Source of the DNA: Squalus acanthias
Taxonomy: Eukaryota
DNA: 64,000 nt
NCBI GenBank assembly: GCA_030390025.1
Contig: CM059425.1
Coordinates: forward strand, 176,454,001-176,518,000
Direction: 5' to 3'
The notes under the pieces are model-generated. The model was not told where the DNA came from, ran no database searches, and was given only the letters and a program-made list of their open reading frames with translations. The translations under genes were made by a program, and so were the position numbers. Positions 25,506 to 38,600 of the stretch are shown one piece after another; position 1 is the first letter of the stretch, and each line of letters begins with the position of its first letter.

Positions 25506-25699
25506 CCGTTTGCTTTTGTATCAACAGTAACTCTTGGTGTCTATATTAACTGTTGTTGAATTCCGTGTCCTGCATCCATAATGACATTCAAAGATTACAG
25601 AGCAAGATAGAGATGTAGGGGCCATACTGGATGAAGCATTGACAGCACACATGTAATGTGGCGAGGCCATTGGGAAAATAAATAAAGTTTTAGGCTAAT

Positions 25700-26850
25700 A
25701 CAAAAAGCAAAATACTGCGGATGCTGGAAATCTGAAATAAAAACAGAAAATGCTGGAAATACTCAGCAGGTCAGGCAGCATCTGTGGAGAGTGAAACACA
25801 GTTAACGTTTCAGGTCGATGACCTTTCGTCAGAACTGGAAAAAGCAGGAAATACAACAGGTTTTAAGCAAGTGCAGAGGCTGGGAAAGGGGGGAGGGGAG
25901 GAAAGAACAAAAGGGAAGATCTGTGATAGGCTGGAAGGCAGAAGAGATTAAATGACAAAAGGGATGATGGTGCAAGGCAAAATGAGATGGTAATGGGACA
26001 AGTTTAAAAAACAAAAGATAGGTCTAGAAGAGGTGTAAATGGGAATGGCAGAATCATCAACAGCTGCTGTCTAAACAAATGGTGGCAGAGGTTATGGTCT
26101 GAAATTGTTGAACTCGATGTTGAGTCCGGAAGGCTGTAAAGTGCCTAATCGAAAAATGAGGTGCTGTTCCTCAAGCTTACGTTGAGCTTCATTGGAAATG
26201 TGTAGGAGGCCAAGGACAGAGAGGTCAGAGTGGGAGTCGTGCGGGTGTTGCATCTCCTGCGCTTGCACAGGAAGGTGCTATGGGAAGGGGAGGGGATGTG
26301 GGGGGTGATTGAGGAGTGGACCAGGGTGTCGCGGAGGGAACGGTCTCTTCGGAATGCTGAAAGGGGAGGGGAGGGGAAGATGTGTTTGGTGGTGGGATCA
26401 CGCTGGAAGTGACGGAAATGGCAGCGGATGATCTGTTGAATGTGGAGGCTGGTGGAGTGGAAGGTGAGGACAAGGGGAACCCTATCGTGGTTCTGGGATG
26501 GAGGGGAAAGGGTGAGGGCAGAAGTGCGGTAAAGGGAACAGACACGGTCGAGAACCCTGTCAACCATGGCGGAGGGGAATCCTCAGTTGAGGAAAAAGGA
26601 AGACATATCGGAAGCATTGGTATGAAGGTGGCATCGTCAGAACAGATGCGACGGAGATGGAGAAACTGGGAGAATGGAATAGAGTCCTTACAGGAAGCGG
26701 GGTAGGAGGAAGTATAGTTCAAGTAGTTGTGGGAGTCAGTGGGCTTGTAGTGGATGTTTGTCGATAGCCTATCCCCAGAAATGGAGACAAAGAAGTAGAA
26801 GGGAAGGGAAGAGTCGGAGATGGACCATGTGATGGCTAGAAGTGTAGAAA
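25700..26850 (-). mobile_element. Penelope-like element 3' fragment (RT end, linker, deleted GIY-YIG, terminal repeat)
   Basis: SIPFSQFLHLRRICSD, RVPLVLTFH, AFRRDRSLRDTLVHS, CKRRRCNT, then KLEEQHLIFRLGTLQPSGLN. Confidence 0.88.
25799..25837 (-). ncRNA. Minimal hammerhead ribozyme motif (one extra A before stem II)
   Basis: CAGTT-CTGACGA-A-AGGTC-ATC-GACCT-GAAA-CG-TT-AACTG. Confidence 0.7.
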
Positions 26851-27140
26851 TTGACCGTATAATATCAAACTGACAATACTATACTTAGTCTGGTATGAAC
26901 ATATTTGGAGCATTTCGGTCAGTTTTGGTTCACACCCGTGAAGGTGATTTTAAGGCCATGGAGAAGCTAAAGAGGAGGGCAATCAAAATGATATCCAGTG
27001 CTAGGACTCCTAGCTCTGAAAAAGGCTCTAGGATGTGGGGCTATTTTCATAAGAGAAACAAAAAGCGTGGGAGGAGTGTTACAAATTCGGGTCTGCTGTA
27101 AATACCTTTGGGTTCTGTGGCATCAGTCGTTCCCGTAAGC

Positions 27141-27175
27141 GAGAAGTCGCACAACACCAGGTTATAGTCCAACAC
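27141..27175. repeat. 35-nt scrap of the repeat that forms the 38308 insertion
   Basis: 34 nt identical to 38311-38344; flanked by taagc direct repeats. Confidence 0.75.
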
Positions 27176-27990
27176 TAAGCAGTCTTACTTTTCTGGGAAT
27201 TGACTCACACTGCCCTATATCTGCTTGCATGATAGCATAATGCAGGGTCATAACAATAGCATTTGATTGTCACCTGGACTTGATATTTGTACCTGTCACA
27301 CAAATGCATCTTCAATCTCTCTGAAGGCAGCTCAAGCCAACACTGGTGAGCTGAGGCCTGATACAAATTGATAACTTGCTTTATTTCATGGTAAGATGAA
27401 CATACAGAATGACCATTATGATTGGACTCATTTAGTTCAATCAGTGTGGCATATGGTACAAAATAAAGAACATGCCCCACTTCCCTGGCAACTTGCTTGA
27501 TTATCGTAGGGATTTGGAAAAGAATTTCCCACCAGTTTTTCCAAAATTGGCCAAAGACCTTTTTTCTCTTTTTTAATTTTGCCTCTCTCAGAAGATTGAG
27601 TAAAGGTGGTGGCAGAATGGCCTTTATCAACAAGTCACACCTTGACTTTCCCCTTACTCCTCTGACACTTTCTCCTTACTCTGTTTCACCCCTCTTGCCT
27701 CATTTCATATCCACATTGTCTATCACTGCTCCAAATCCTACCCAATGTTTTAACTGGGCGCGGCACTCAGTAATCTCATCCTAGGTGATTTTTTGTTTTA
27801 TTTGTTCTTAGGATATGCAGTTTTGGACGCCCCATTATAGAAAAGACACTAAAGCCATAGAGAATGTACAGCACAGATTCGTCACGATGATGCCAGAAAT
27901 GGGAAATTATGGGGTGAATTTTCATGTGCCTGATTCCATTGGGTGGGAGGTTGATGTTGCGAGAGAGGGAAAGGGTAGCTGGAATGGAGA

Positions 27991-28272
27991 TGGGTATTGT
28001 AGCCTTATAGTTACGGTACTGGAGTAGCAACTCAAAAGTTGTAGGTTTAAATCCCACCGGGGCATGTTGTCAAACTGAATTCAATAAATCTGATCATTTG
28101 TGGGCAAGCAACAGAAAAAAACCAAGGAAACCCAAATGATTTACCAATACCCAGAGGTGGGACCCTGCTACCCCTACTCAATCTGGCCTACATATTATTC
28201 CAGTCACATAGTATGTGGTTGAGTCTTAAAGCACCCGGGGCAACTAGAGATGGGACATAAGTACTGCCATTG
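27991..28272 (+). repeat. Old tRNA-headed SINE with the tail of the Zenon-like LINE
   Basis: B-box-like ggtttaaatcccacc; body tctggcctacat..tgtggttgagtcttaa; tail gggcaactagagatggg resembles 44797-44812. Confidence 0.65.
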
Positions 28273-29359
28273 TGGCTTAACCATTGCCTTGTAAAAAGTT
28301 AGCATTACTTTTTTACTGTTGGACACTATGTTCCTAGTTATAAAACCCAAAATTTATGTGGAGGATAAATTCAAGAGGCAACAAAATCTACAGGCCCAGT
28401 CACATCCCAAGCAGTGCGTTCGTTCACTGCCGTCAAAATCCACAGAGCACACCTTGCTACCTTAGTATGTCAGGCGAGACCTGTCTTCACTGCCTCTGCT
28501 TCATTGCAGAGGAAGTGAGAGTGCAAACCAGTTGCTAAGGGCTGACTTGCTGACATCTTCAAGGACTGGGATCCGTAGCTATGAAAGTCACAACCAGGGG
28601 TGAACTGGCTTGAGACCTAAGTAAGCTTTCCATAATACGCTTGTGAAATAAACAAAACATCCTTTCCGATAACTGCTTTCAGCTACTGGGCCTATCTTAT
28701 TCCTTCAGTATATCTCACCTCAATCTTCGAAAACAATAGAGAATCACATCAAAATTCATTTTAAATTTAAAATATGAAATAAAATTATTTTATAAAGATG
28801 AGAAAGTATATCAGAAACAGTCATATAATTATATATTTACAATAAACAACGTTCTACCAAACTCTTTGAATAAACAAAATAATAAAAAGATTGCAGTGCT
28901 GAAATTCCTCTGGGGTTCTGCTGGTCTCCTCCTGTAACTCCAGCAGGAGACCAGCAGAACCTTCCCCCTCCCACATGGCAGAGGCCCGGTGCAATTTCCT
29001 AACTTGTCTTATAAGGAGTGGAACCTTCATCCACCCCTTATAAGGCAATGTTGTCAGGGGATAGAGCCTATTAGGCCGACTCTGTAGAGACCCAGCACGT
29101 TTGTAGAGGCCAGTTCACCATGTAAATTGAGGCATACCACCCTCCTATTGGGTGAGCGTGATCTACTGGGATTCAGGTTAGGGAAGTGGCCTGGATCCCT
29201 GAAGAAATGGCTGCATTATCTCTTTGAAAATAAATCATATTGGCTCCCTTACAGAGGGTGGAAGAGGAGTGCGTATTCAGCAGGATTCTGAGCAGGCCAA
29301 TGAGCTGCAGGCCGACAAGAAGAGGCAGTGGAAGGCTCAAGAGAGGTGACAGGAAGAGA

Positions 29360-30976
29360 AACCATTGCAGGAGATACTCTAGTTACAATATGATAGGCGA
29401 GGGTGGAAATCCCACTGAGCTGAACATTGGAGGAAAGGTGTCCGAAGAGGATGGTGTGGTTGACTGTCAACGGTTGCAGAGATGACGAGGAAGGAAAATC
29501 CACCATGGTCACAAACATAGAAGATGACATTTGTGACTTTGATGGGTACTATGGCTGAGACAGAAATCTGATTGGAGAGAGTCAAACATGGAGTTGCAGA
29601 AAAGATGGGCATGGATTTGAGAGGAAAGGGAAGTTAGAGATGGAATCGTAGTTTGCAACGACTGAGAGGTCAAGGGTGGGTTTATTGAGAAGGAGGTGAT
29701 GACGGTGGTTTTGAAAGGAGGGGGACAGTGCCTAAGGAGAGGGAACCATGTACAATGTTACCCAGCATGAGGGCTATGAGAGAAGTTGGGTGGTCAGCAA
29801 TTTAGTAGGAGGCGGGGGTCAAGGGAGCAGAAGTTGGGTCTCATGGACAAAATTAACTCAGAAAGAGCATGAAGGGAGATAGGAGAGAAACTAGAGAAAG
29901 ACGTCGGTTCAGGGCTAGGACGGGGGAGCCTTAGGGGAAGTTTCACTTGGTGGACAAGGATAATTTGGGTGGGATGCAACAGAGGCATCTGAATGGATGG
30001 TCTCAATCTTAATGACAAAGAAGTCCATGAGCACGTCACACTTGTTGTTGGAGATGAGTGTGGAGGGGGCAGGGGAGAGAAGTTTAAAGAGACAATTGGT
30101 AGGGTAGAAAAAAAGCTTGGGGTTATCTTTGCTCTCCAGATTATCCTGGAGTACTGGACAGTTTTGGCATAGTGAGGCCCAATAGCAGTTAAAATGGTCC
30201 AGCCAGATGCAGTGATGGATGGTTAAACCAGTTGTGCGGCAGATACTCTCAAGTCTGCGTCCCTTGAACTTGAGGGAGCAAAAACGTGGGGCATATTGGG
30301 GGGATGATCAGGATGAGAGTAATGGTTTTGCTGGAAACAAGGGCATCAAAGATGGAGGTGAAGAGTGGTTAAGCAGATCGTCAGCTGCAGAAGTATTGTG
30401 TCGAATGGAGGTCCATAGGCTAGGCAGCTGGGAGTTTAAAAATGCCTTGGAGTTGTAGTTGAAATGCCTTGGGGGCAAAATCCTTTTTTTCAAGAGGTGG
30501 ACACAGAAGGAAGTGGGTTTGGTGGGTTAGGGAGATGTGGGTGGTGATGGATACAAGGAAGTGGTTGGAGATGGCCTTCTCCATGATCAAGATCAAGGGA
30601 TTAGAGAGGCCACAGGAAATGCTTGGCAAGGGGGATTTTGTGAAATGGGTAGGAGAGTTTATATGGAGGGAGAGGCTTAGGAAGGACAGGTGCGCAGTGA
30701 ATTTAGAGGAGAGAGCACAAAGGGAGCTGAGATAGAGATTAAAATGATCAAGGATGACGAGTCAGTCAGTGCAAAGACTGAACAAGGACAGGAAGGAGGA
30801 TAATTGGTTGAAACTTGGGGTGGGGCTTGGGGGGCGTGGTAGACACAGAAAATTTTTCGGAGAGGTGAGAGGTACTCGAAGGAGGAGAAGGTACAAGAGG
30901 GAGAGAGCAAGGTGTAATTTGATGAAAAGAGTCACACTGCCATCATGGTAATTTGGGCCAGACAGGTACTGGAAAG
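29360..30976 (-). mobile_element. Decayed L2 LINE fragment
   Basis: ELILSMRPNFCSLDP homologous to ELILSMRPTSCSLNP at 45900. Confidence 0.75.
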
Positions 30977-33900
30977 CATAAGAACATAAGAAATAGGAGC
31001 AGGAATATGGCACTTGGCCCCTTGAGCCTGCTCCGCCATTCATAGAGTCATAGAGTTATACAGCACAGAAAGAGGCCCTTCGGCCCATCGTGTCCACGCC
31101 GGCCATCAAGCCCTATCTATTCTAATCCCATTTTCCAGCACTTGGTCCGTAGCCTTGTATGCTATGGCGTTGCAAGTGCTCATCTAAATGCTTCTTGAAT
31201 GTTGTGAGGGTTCCTGCCTCTACCACCCTTTCAGGCAGTGAGTTCCAGATTCCAACCACCCTCTGGGTGAAAAAGTTTTTCCTCAAATCCCCTCTAAACC
31301 TCCTGCCCCTTACCTTGAAACTGTGCCTCCTGGTTATTGACCCCTCTACTAAGGGGAAAAGTTCCTTTCTATCTACCCTATCTATGCCCCTCATAATTTT
31401 GTACACCTCAATCAGGTCCCCCCTCAGCCTTCTCTGCTCTAAGGAAAACAACCCCAGCCTGTCCAGTCTCTCTTCATAGCTGAAACGCTCCAGCCCAGGT
31501 AACATCATGGTGAATCTCCTCTGCACCCTCTCCAATGCAATCACATCCTTCCTATAGTGTGGCGACCAGAACTGCACACAGTATTCCAGCTGTGGCCTAA
31601 CTAGCGTTTTGTACAGCTCCATCATAACCTCCCTGCTCTTATATTCTATGCCTCGGCTAATGAAGGCAAGTATCCCATATGCCTTTTTAACCACCTTATC
31701 TACCTGTCCTGCTGCCTTCAGGGATCTATGTACATGCACACCAAGGTCCCTCTGATCCTCTGTCCTCCCTAGGATCCTACCATTCATTGTGTATTCCCTT
31801 GCCTTGTTAGTCCTCCCAAAATGCATCACCTCACACTTTTCAGGGTTAAATTCCATTTGCCACTGTTCTGCCTATCTGACCAACCCATCTATATCGTCCT
31901 GTAACCTGAGGCTTCCCTCCTTGCTATTCACGACTCCACCAATTTTCGTGTCATCTGCGAACTTACTGATCATACCTCCTACATTCATATCTAAATCATT
32001 AATGTACACTACAAACAGCAAAGGACCCAGCACCGATCCCTGCGGTACACCACTGGACACAGGCTTCCAGTCACAAAAACAACCTTCGACCATCACCCTC
32101 TGCCTCCTGCCACTAAGCCAATTTTGGATCCAATGTGCCAAATTGCCCTGGATCCCATGGGCTCTTACCTTCTTGACCAGTCTCCCATGCGGGACTTTGT
32201 CAAAAGCCTTACTGAAGTCCATGTAGACCACATCAACTGCACTACCCTCATCCACACACCTCGTCACCCCCTCAAAAAATTCTATCAAATTGGTCAGACA
32301 TGATCTCCCCCTGACAAAGCCATGCTGACTATCCTTGATTAATCCTTGCCTCTCCAAGTGGAGACTAATTCTGTCCCTCAGAATTTTTCCAATAATTTCC
32401 CTACCACTGATGTTAGGCTCACTGGCCTGTAATTCCCTGGTTTATCCCTACTACCCTTCTTGAATAATGGTACTACGTTAGCTGTCCTCCAGTCCTCTGC
32501 CACCTCCCCTGTGGCCAGAGAGGTTCTGAAAATTTGTGTCAGAGCCCCTGCAATCTCCTCCCTTGCCTCACACAGCAGCCTGGGATACATCTCGTCTGGG
32601 CCTGGGGATTTATCCACTTTTAAGCCCGCTAAAACCGCTAGTACCTCCTCCCTCTCAATACTAATTTGTTCAAGTATATCACAGTCCTCCTGCCTGATTT
32701 CTATGCCTACATCGTCCTTCACCATAGTGAACACAGATGCAAAATATTCATTTAAAACCTCACCTACATCTTTCGGCTCTACACACAGATTGCCACTTTG
32801 GTCCCTAATGGGCCCTACTCTTTCCCTGGTTATCCTCTTGCCCTTAATATACTTATAAAACACCTTGGGATTTTCCTTTATTTTGTCCGCCAGTGTTTTT
32901 TCATGCCCCCTCTTTGCTCTCCTAATTTCTTTTTTCAGTACCCCCCTGCACTTTCTATACTCCTCTAGGACTTCCACTGTTTTTAGTCCTTTGTATCTAC
33001 CAAAAGCCTCCCTTTTTTTCCTAATCCATTCTTGTATATCCCTTGACATCCAGGGTTCCCTGGGCTTGTTGGTCCCACCCTTGACCTTTACGGGAACATG
33101 TTGGCGTTGTACTCTCTATTTCCTTTCTGAAAGACTCCCACTGCTCTGATGTGGATTTTCCTACAAGTAGCTTATCCCAATCCACTATGGGCAGATCCTG
33201 CCTTATATTAAAATCGGCCTTCCCCCAATTTAGAACCTTTATTTCTGGTCCATCTTTGTCCTTTTCCATGACTACCTTAAATCTCACCGAATTATGGTCA
33301 CTGTCACCAAAATGCTCTCCTACTGAGACTTCTACCACTTGCCCGGCTACATTCCCTAGAATTAGGTCCAGTACCGCCCCTTCTCTTGTAGGACTTTCGA
33401 CATGCTGGCTCAAAAAGCTCTCCTGGATGCACTTTAAGAATTCTGCTCCCTCTAAGCCTTTCACACTCTGACTATCCCAGATCATGGCTGATCTTGGGCT
33501 AAAAGCCACTTTACCACCCACTCCCCATAACCCTTCACTCCCTTATCTTGCAAAAATTTGTCGATCTCCACCTTAAATGTATTTAATGACCCAGCCTCCA
33601 CAGCTCTCTGGGGCTGAGAATTCCACAGATTTACGACCCTCTGAGAGAAGAAATTCCTCCTCATCTCAGTTCTAAAAGGGCGACCCTTTATTCCAAATCT
33701 GTGCCCCTGCGTTCTAGATTTCCCCACGAGGGGAAACATCCTCTCTGCATCTACCTTGTCGAGCCCCCTCAGTATCTTATATGTTTCAATAAGATCACCT
33801 CTTATTCTTCTAAATTCCAATGAGTATAGGCCCAGCCTGCTCAACATTTCCTCATAAGTCAACCCCCTCATCTCTGGAATTAACCTAGTGAATCATCTCT

Positions 33901-36460
33901 GAACTGCCTCCAATGCAAGTATATCCTTCCCTAAATAAGGAGACCAAAACTGTACGCAGTGCTCAAGGTGTGGTCTCACCAATACCCTGTACAGTTGTAG
34001 CAGGACTTCCCTGCTTTTATACTCCAACCTCTTTGAAATAAAGGCCAACATTCAACTTGCCTTTTTGATTACTTGCTGTACCTGCATGCTAACTTTTTGT
34101 GTTTCATGCACAAGGACCCCCAGGTCCCTCTGAGCTGTAGCATTTTGTAATCTCTCTTCATTTAAATAATAATTTGCTTTTTTATTTTTCCTGCCAAAGT
34201 GGATAACCTCGCACTTTCCCACATTATACTCCATCTGCCAAATGTTTGCCCACTCACTTAGCCTGTCTATATCCCTTTGCAGGTTCTTTGAGTCCTCTGC
34301 ACAACTTGCTTTCCCACCCATCTTTGTATCATCCGCAAACTTGGCTACATTACACTCGGTCTCTTCATCCAAGTCATTAATGTAGATTGTAAATAGTTGA
34401 GGCCCCAGCTCCGATCCCTGTGGCACCCCACTAGTTACCGTTTGCCAACCGGAAAATGACCCATTTATCCCGACTCTCTGCTTTCTGTTAGTTAGCCAAT
34501 TCTCTATCCATGCTAATATATTACCCCCAATTCCGTGAGCTCTTATCTTGTGCAGTAACCTTTTATGTGGCACCTTATCGAATGCCTTCTGGAAATCCAA
34601 ATACACCACATCCACTGGCTCACCTTTGTCCACCCTGCTCGTCATCTCCTCAAAGAACTCCAGCAAGTTTGTTAAACATGATTTTACTTTCATAAAACCA
34701 TGCTGACTCTGCTTGACTGCATTATGATTTTCCAGATGTTAGGCTAACTGGACTATAGTTTCCTGCTTTCTGTCTCCCTCCTTTCTTAAATAGGGGTGTT
34801 ATATTTGCGGTTTTCCAATCTGCTGGGACCTCTCCAGAGTCCAGGGAATTTTGGCATATTGCAACCAATACATCCACTATCTCTGCAGCCACTTCTTTTA
34901 AGACCCTGGGATGCAGGCCATCTGGTCCAGGGGACTTGTCATCTTTTAGTCCCATTATTTTACCAAGTACTATTTCCTTAGTGATGGTGATTGTCTTTAG
35001 TTCCCCCCTCCCTGTGGCCCCTTGATTATCCATTATTGGGATGTTGTTCGTGTCTTCTACCGTGAAGACGGATACAAAATATTTGTTCAGAGTCTCTGCC
35101 ATTTTCCCGTTCCCCATTATTAATTCCCCAGTCTCATCCTCTAAGGGACCAACATTTACTTTAGCTACCCTCTTCCTTTTTATATACCTGTAGAAGCTCT
35201 TACTATCTGTTTTCATGTTTCTTCCCAGTTTACTCTCATAATTCATCTTCTCTCTCTTTATCATTTTTTTAGTCATCCTTTGCTGGTTTTAAAAAATTTC
35301 CCAATCCTCTGGTCTCCCACCAATCTTGGCAACATTGTATGCCTTCGTTTTCAATTTGATACCATCCTTTACTTCCTTAGTTAGCCACGGATGGTGCTCC
35401 CTTCTCTTAAAATCTTTCTTTCTCACTGGAATATATTTTTGTTGAGAGTTATGAAATATCTCCTTAAATGTCTGCCACTGCATTTCAGCTGTCTTACCCT
35501 TTAATTTATTTTTCCAGTCCACTTTAGCCAGTTCTGCCCTCATGCCACTGTAATTGCCTTTGTTTAAGATCAGGACACTGGTTTGAGATACAACTTTCTC
35601 ACCCTCCAACTGAATTTGAAATTCAATCATGCTATGATCACTCTTTCCTAGAGGATCCTTTACTATGAGATCATTTATTAATTCTGTCTCATTACACAGT
35701 ACCAGATCCAAGATAGCCTGTTCCCTGGTTGGTTCCATTACATACTGTTCTAGGAAACCATCCCGGATGCACTCTATGAACTCCTCCTCAAGGCTACCAT
35801 GGCCAATTTGATTTGTCCAATCAATATGGAGATTAAAATCACTCATGATTATTACCGTACCTTTTTTACAGGCTACCATTATTTGTTGATTTATACTCTG
35901 CCCAACAGTATTGCTACTGTTCGCGGGCCTGTAGACTACGCCCACCAGAGACTTTTTCCTTTTATTATTTTTTATCTCCACCCAAACCGATTCTAAATCT
36001 TGATCTTCTGAACCAATATCACTTCTCACCACTGCACTGATCTCATCCTTTACCAACAAAGCCACCCCACCTCCCTTTCCTTTCTGTCTATCCTTCCGAA
36101 TTGTCAAATACCCTGGAATATTCAGTTCCCAGCCCTGATCACCTTGCAACCACATCTCTGTAATGGCGATCAGATCATACCCATTTGTATCTATTTGTGC
36201 CATCAACTCATCTATCTTGTTACGAATGCAGCCTGCATTCAGATATAGAGCTTTTAACTTTGTCTTTTTACCATTTCTCCTTGTTTTGGCCCCATTTTCT
36301 GTTGCCCTCTTATTTTTAAACATTCTGTCCCTTCCTGTCACACTCTGGTTATTATTTCCCCCATCTCTATCCTGCTCTATTGCTTTCTCATTTCTCATTG
36401 ACTTTTTAAATTCCCGCTCACCTGGATCCTCCCCCCCCACTATTTAGTTTATAACCCTCT
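30977..36460 (-). mobile_element. CR1 LINE (whole ORF2 region, frameshifted); 3' UTR interrupted by another CR1
   Basis: ORF pieces 35289-36440 (APE), 34722-35276, 34052-34693 (RT), 33482-33871; 3' UTR ccgccattca|...|agatcatggct; tail at 30977. Confidence 0.92.
31041..33478 (-). mobile_element. Nested CR1 of a second family, 5'-truncated
   Basis: ORF2 pieces 31122-33521; tail (actctatg)n at 31041-31056. Confidence 0.92.
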
Positions 36461-38307
36461 CAGGTAAGGACCCAAGAGAAGGCAAGAGAAAAAAGGGAGG
36501 TACAACAAATGGGCCTGGACCTGGAATGCACATGCGACTGGACACAGATAGATGTCAGGATACATAGGGGGTGAACTTCCTCTGGACTTCTTCCGCTCCA
36601 CCTATTTGGCAGGAGTTTAGCAGAGACCTTATATACACGTTAATAATGCAACAGTGCACATTACACATGTAAATGGGGCATCCGCCAAGGGCTCCATGGG
36701 AATTCCTGACGCTAAGTATGGCTGAGAGTAGAACGGAAACATCTTGGTCATAAAGAGAGGACAGGGAGCAGACCATGTGAAAGAGTCCAAAGTTAAAGTC
36801 TGAGGTCCTATTAAGTGGCTTTATTAAGCAAGAGATGAGGAAGTCAATGTATAATGGCAAAATAATACATACATATTTAAAGGACAAATTCTATTATCTA
36901 TCTCCTTGGAAAGAAAACAATAAATGATCACAACCTAGATGTTAAGCTGTTCCTTAACAGATCATTTTTATATATCCAAAGATTGAAATTCCAATTAGCC
37001 TCCTCCACCAGGCGAAGTAGCCCTTAAGTGCATCAACTGAGGAGGCCCAGACCCCATTGCAAATTGTGGGGAAGAGGCCATTTGTATGCTCAGAGCAGGT
37101 GCATCCTGCCAGTAAGGATGCTCCAGCAGCGCTTGAGTCCCAGAATGTCAATGTGGAACCTCTCCGACAGTGGAGAGAAGGCCCAGGAAGACCCCAACAG
37201 AAATAAAAGTTTTTTTGTAATCTTCAGATCCTCAGAGAAATTGATTGGGAAATTTATACAAAGTAATAATTTCCCTACATTGCAACAGTTTATGCACTTC
37301 AAAAGTGCTTAATTGGATGCAAAATGCTTTTTTGCTTCCCTCCCTCCCTCCCGCCCTCCATCCCTCCCTCCGTTTCTTTCCTCTGCTTCCCTTCCCTCCT
37401 TCCTTCCTTCTTTTTTCCCTTCCCTTTTCTTTCTATCTCCTCTCTTGGGGTCTCAGCGGGGCTACAACCAGCCCTTAGCTTAGGCATGTAAAGGACGTAA
37501 TTGGCGTAATTCCCACAGAAGCCCAAGCATACCCTGTTGAAATGGTGTTTCATGAAGATCCACCCAGTCACCCCTGCAAAGTCCTCCTCACTAACATCTG
37601 GGGGCTGGTGTTAAAATTGGGAGAGCTGTCCCACAGACTAGTCAAGCAACAGCCCGACATAGTCATACTCACAGGATCATACCTTTCAACCAACGTCCCA
37701 GACACCTCCATCACCATCCTTGGGTATGTCCTGTCCCTCCGGCAGGTCAGACCCACCAGAAGTGGCAGCACAGTGGTATACAGTTGGGAGGGAGTGGCCC
37801 TCGGAGTTCTCAACATTGACTCCGGACTTCATGAAGTCTCATGGCATCAGGTCAACATGGGCAAGGAAACTCCTGCTGATTACCACCTACCGCCCTCCTT
37901 CAGCTGATGAATCAGTACTCCTGGATATTGGAATACAGAGTAATATTTCTAAATTTCACGATGACACCAAACTTGGGGGTGTGGCATACAGTGATGAGGA
38001 TATCAATCGACTGCAACAGGACATAGAAAGGCTAGCAGAATGGGCAGACAAGTGGCAGGTGGAATTTAATACAGAGAAGTGCAAGATGATGCATTTTGGC
38101 AGAAGGAACAGGGAGAGGCAATATACACTTAATGGTACAGTTTTAAAGAGTGTGCAGGGACAGAGGGACCTGGGAGTTAATGTGCATAGATCCCTGAAGG
38201 TGGCAGGACATATTGAGAGAGTGGTTAACAAAGCATATGGGATCTTGGGCTTCATAAATAGAGGTATTGAGTACAAAAGTAGAGAAGTTATGCTGAACCT
38301 TTATAAA

Positions 38308-38426
38308 AGTGAGAAGTCGCACAACACCAGGTTATAGTCCAACAGTTTTACTGTTGGACTATAACCTGGTGTTGTGCGACTTCTCACTTTTGTCCACCCC
38401 AGTCCAACACCGGCATCTCCGCATCA
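38308..38426. mobile_element. 119-nt hairpin insertion, probably from a Penelope-like terminal repeat
   Basis: 14-bp TSD tgaacctttataaa (38294-38307, 38427-38440); perfect 42-bp inverted repeat 38305-38346 / 38350-38391. Confidence 0.8.
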
Positions 38427-38600
38427 TGAACCTTTATAAAGCGCTGGTTAGGCCACAACTGGAGTATTGCATCCAGTTCTGGTCACCACACTTTAGGAAG
38501 GATGCGAAGGCCCTTGAGAGGGTGCAGAGGAGATTTACCAGAATGGTTCCGGGGATGGGGGATCTTAGCTACAAGGACAGGTTGGAGAAGCTGGATTTGT

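Larger units (their letters stand above)
22358..25510 (-). mobile_element. Single-ORF CR1-group (Zenon-like) LINE with tRNA-like 5' head, decayed
   Basis: APE start LLTNIWGL..ILTESYL; RT motifs LDIKAAFDRVWH, VPQSSVLGP, MFADD; IYKAQVRSVMEY; poly-A tail; A/B boxes at the 5' end. Confidence 0.88.

Noticed and set aside
25420..25510. Functional tRNA gene
   Set aside because: A and B boxes are present, but I could not form a cloverleaf, there is no oligo-T terminator, and it is fused to repeat sequence.
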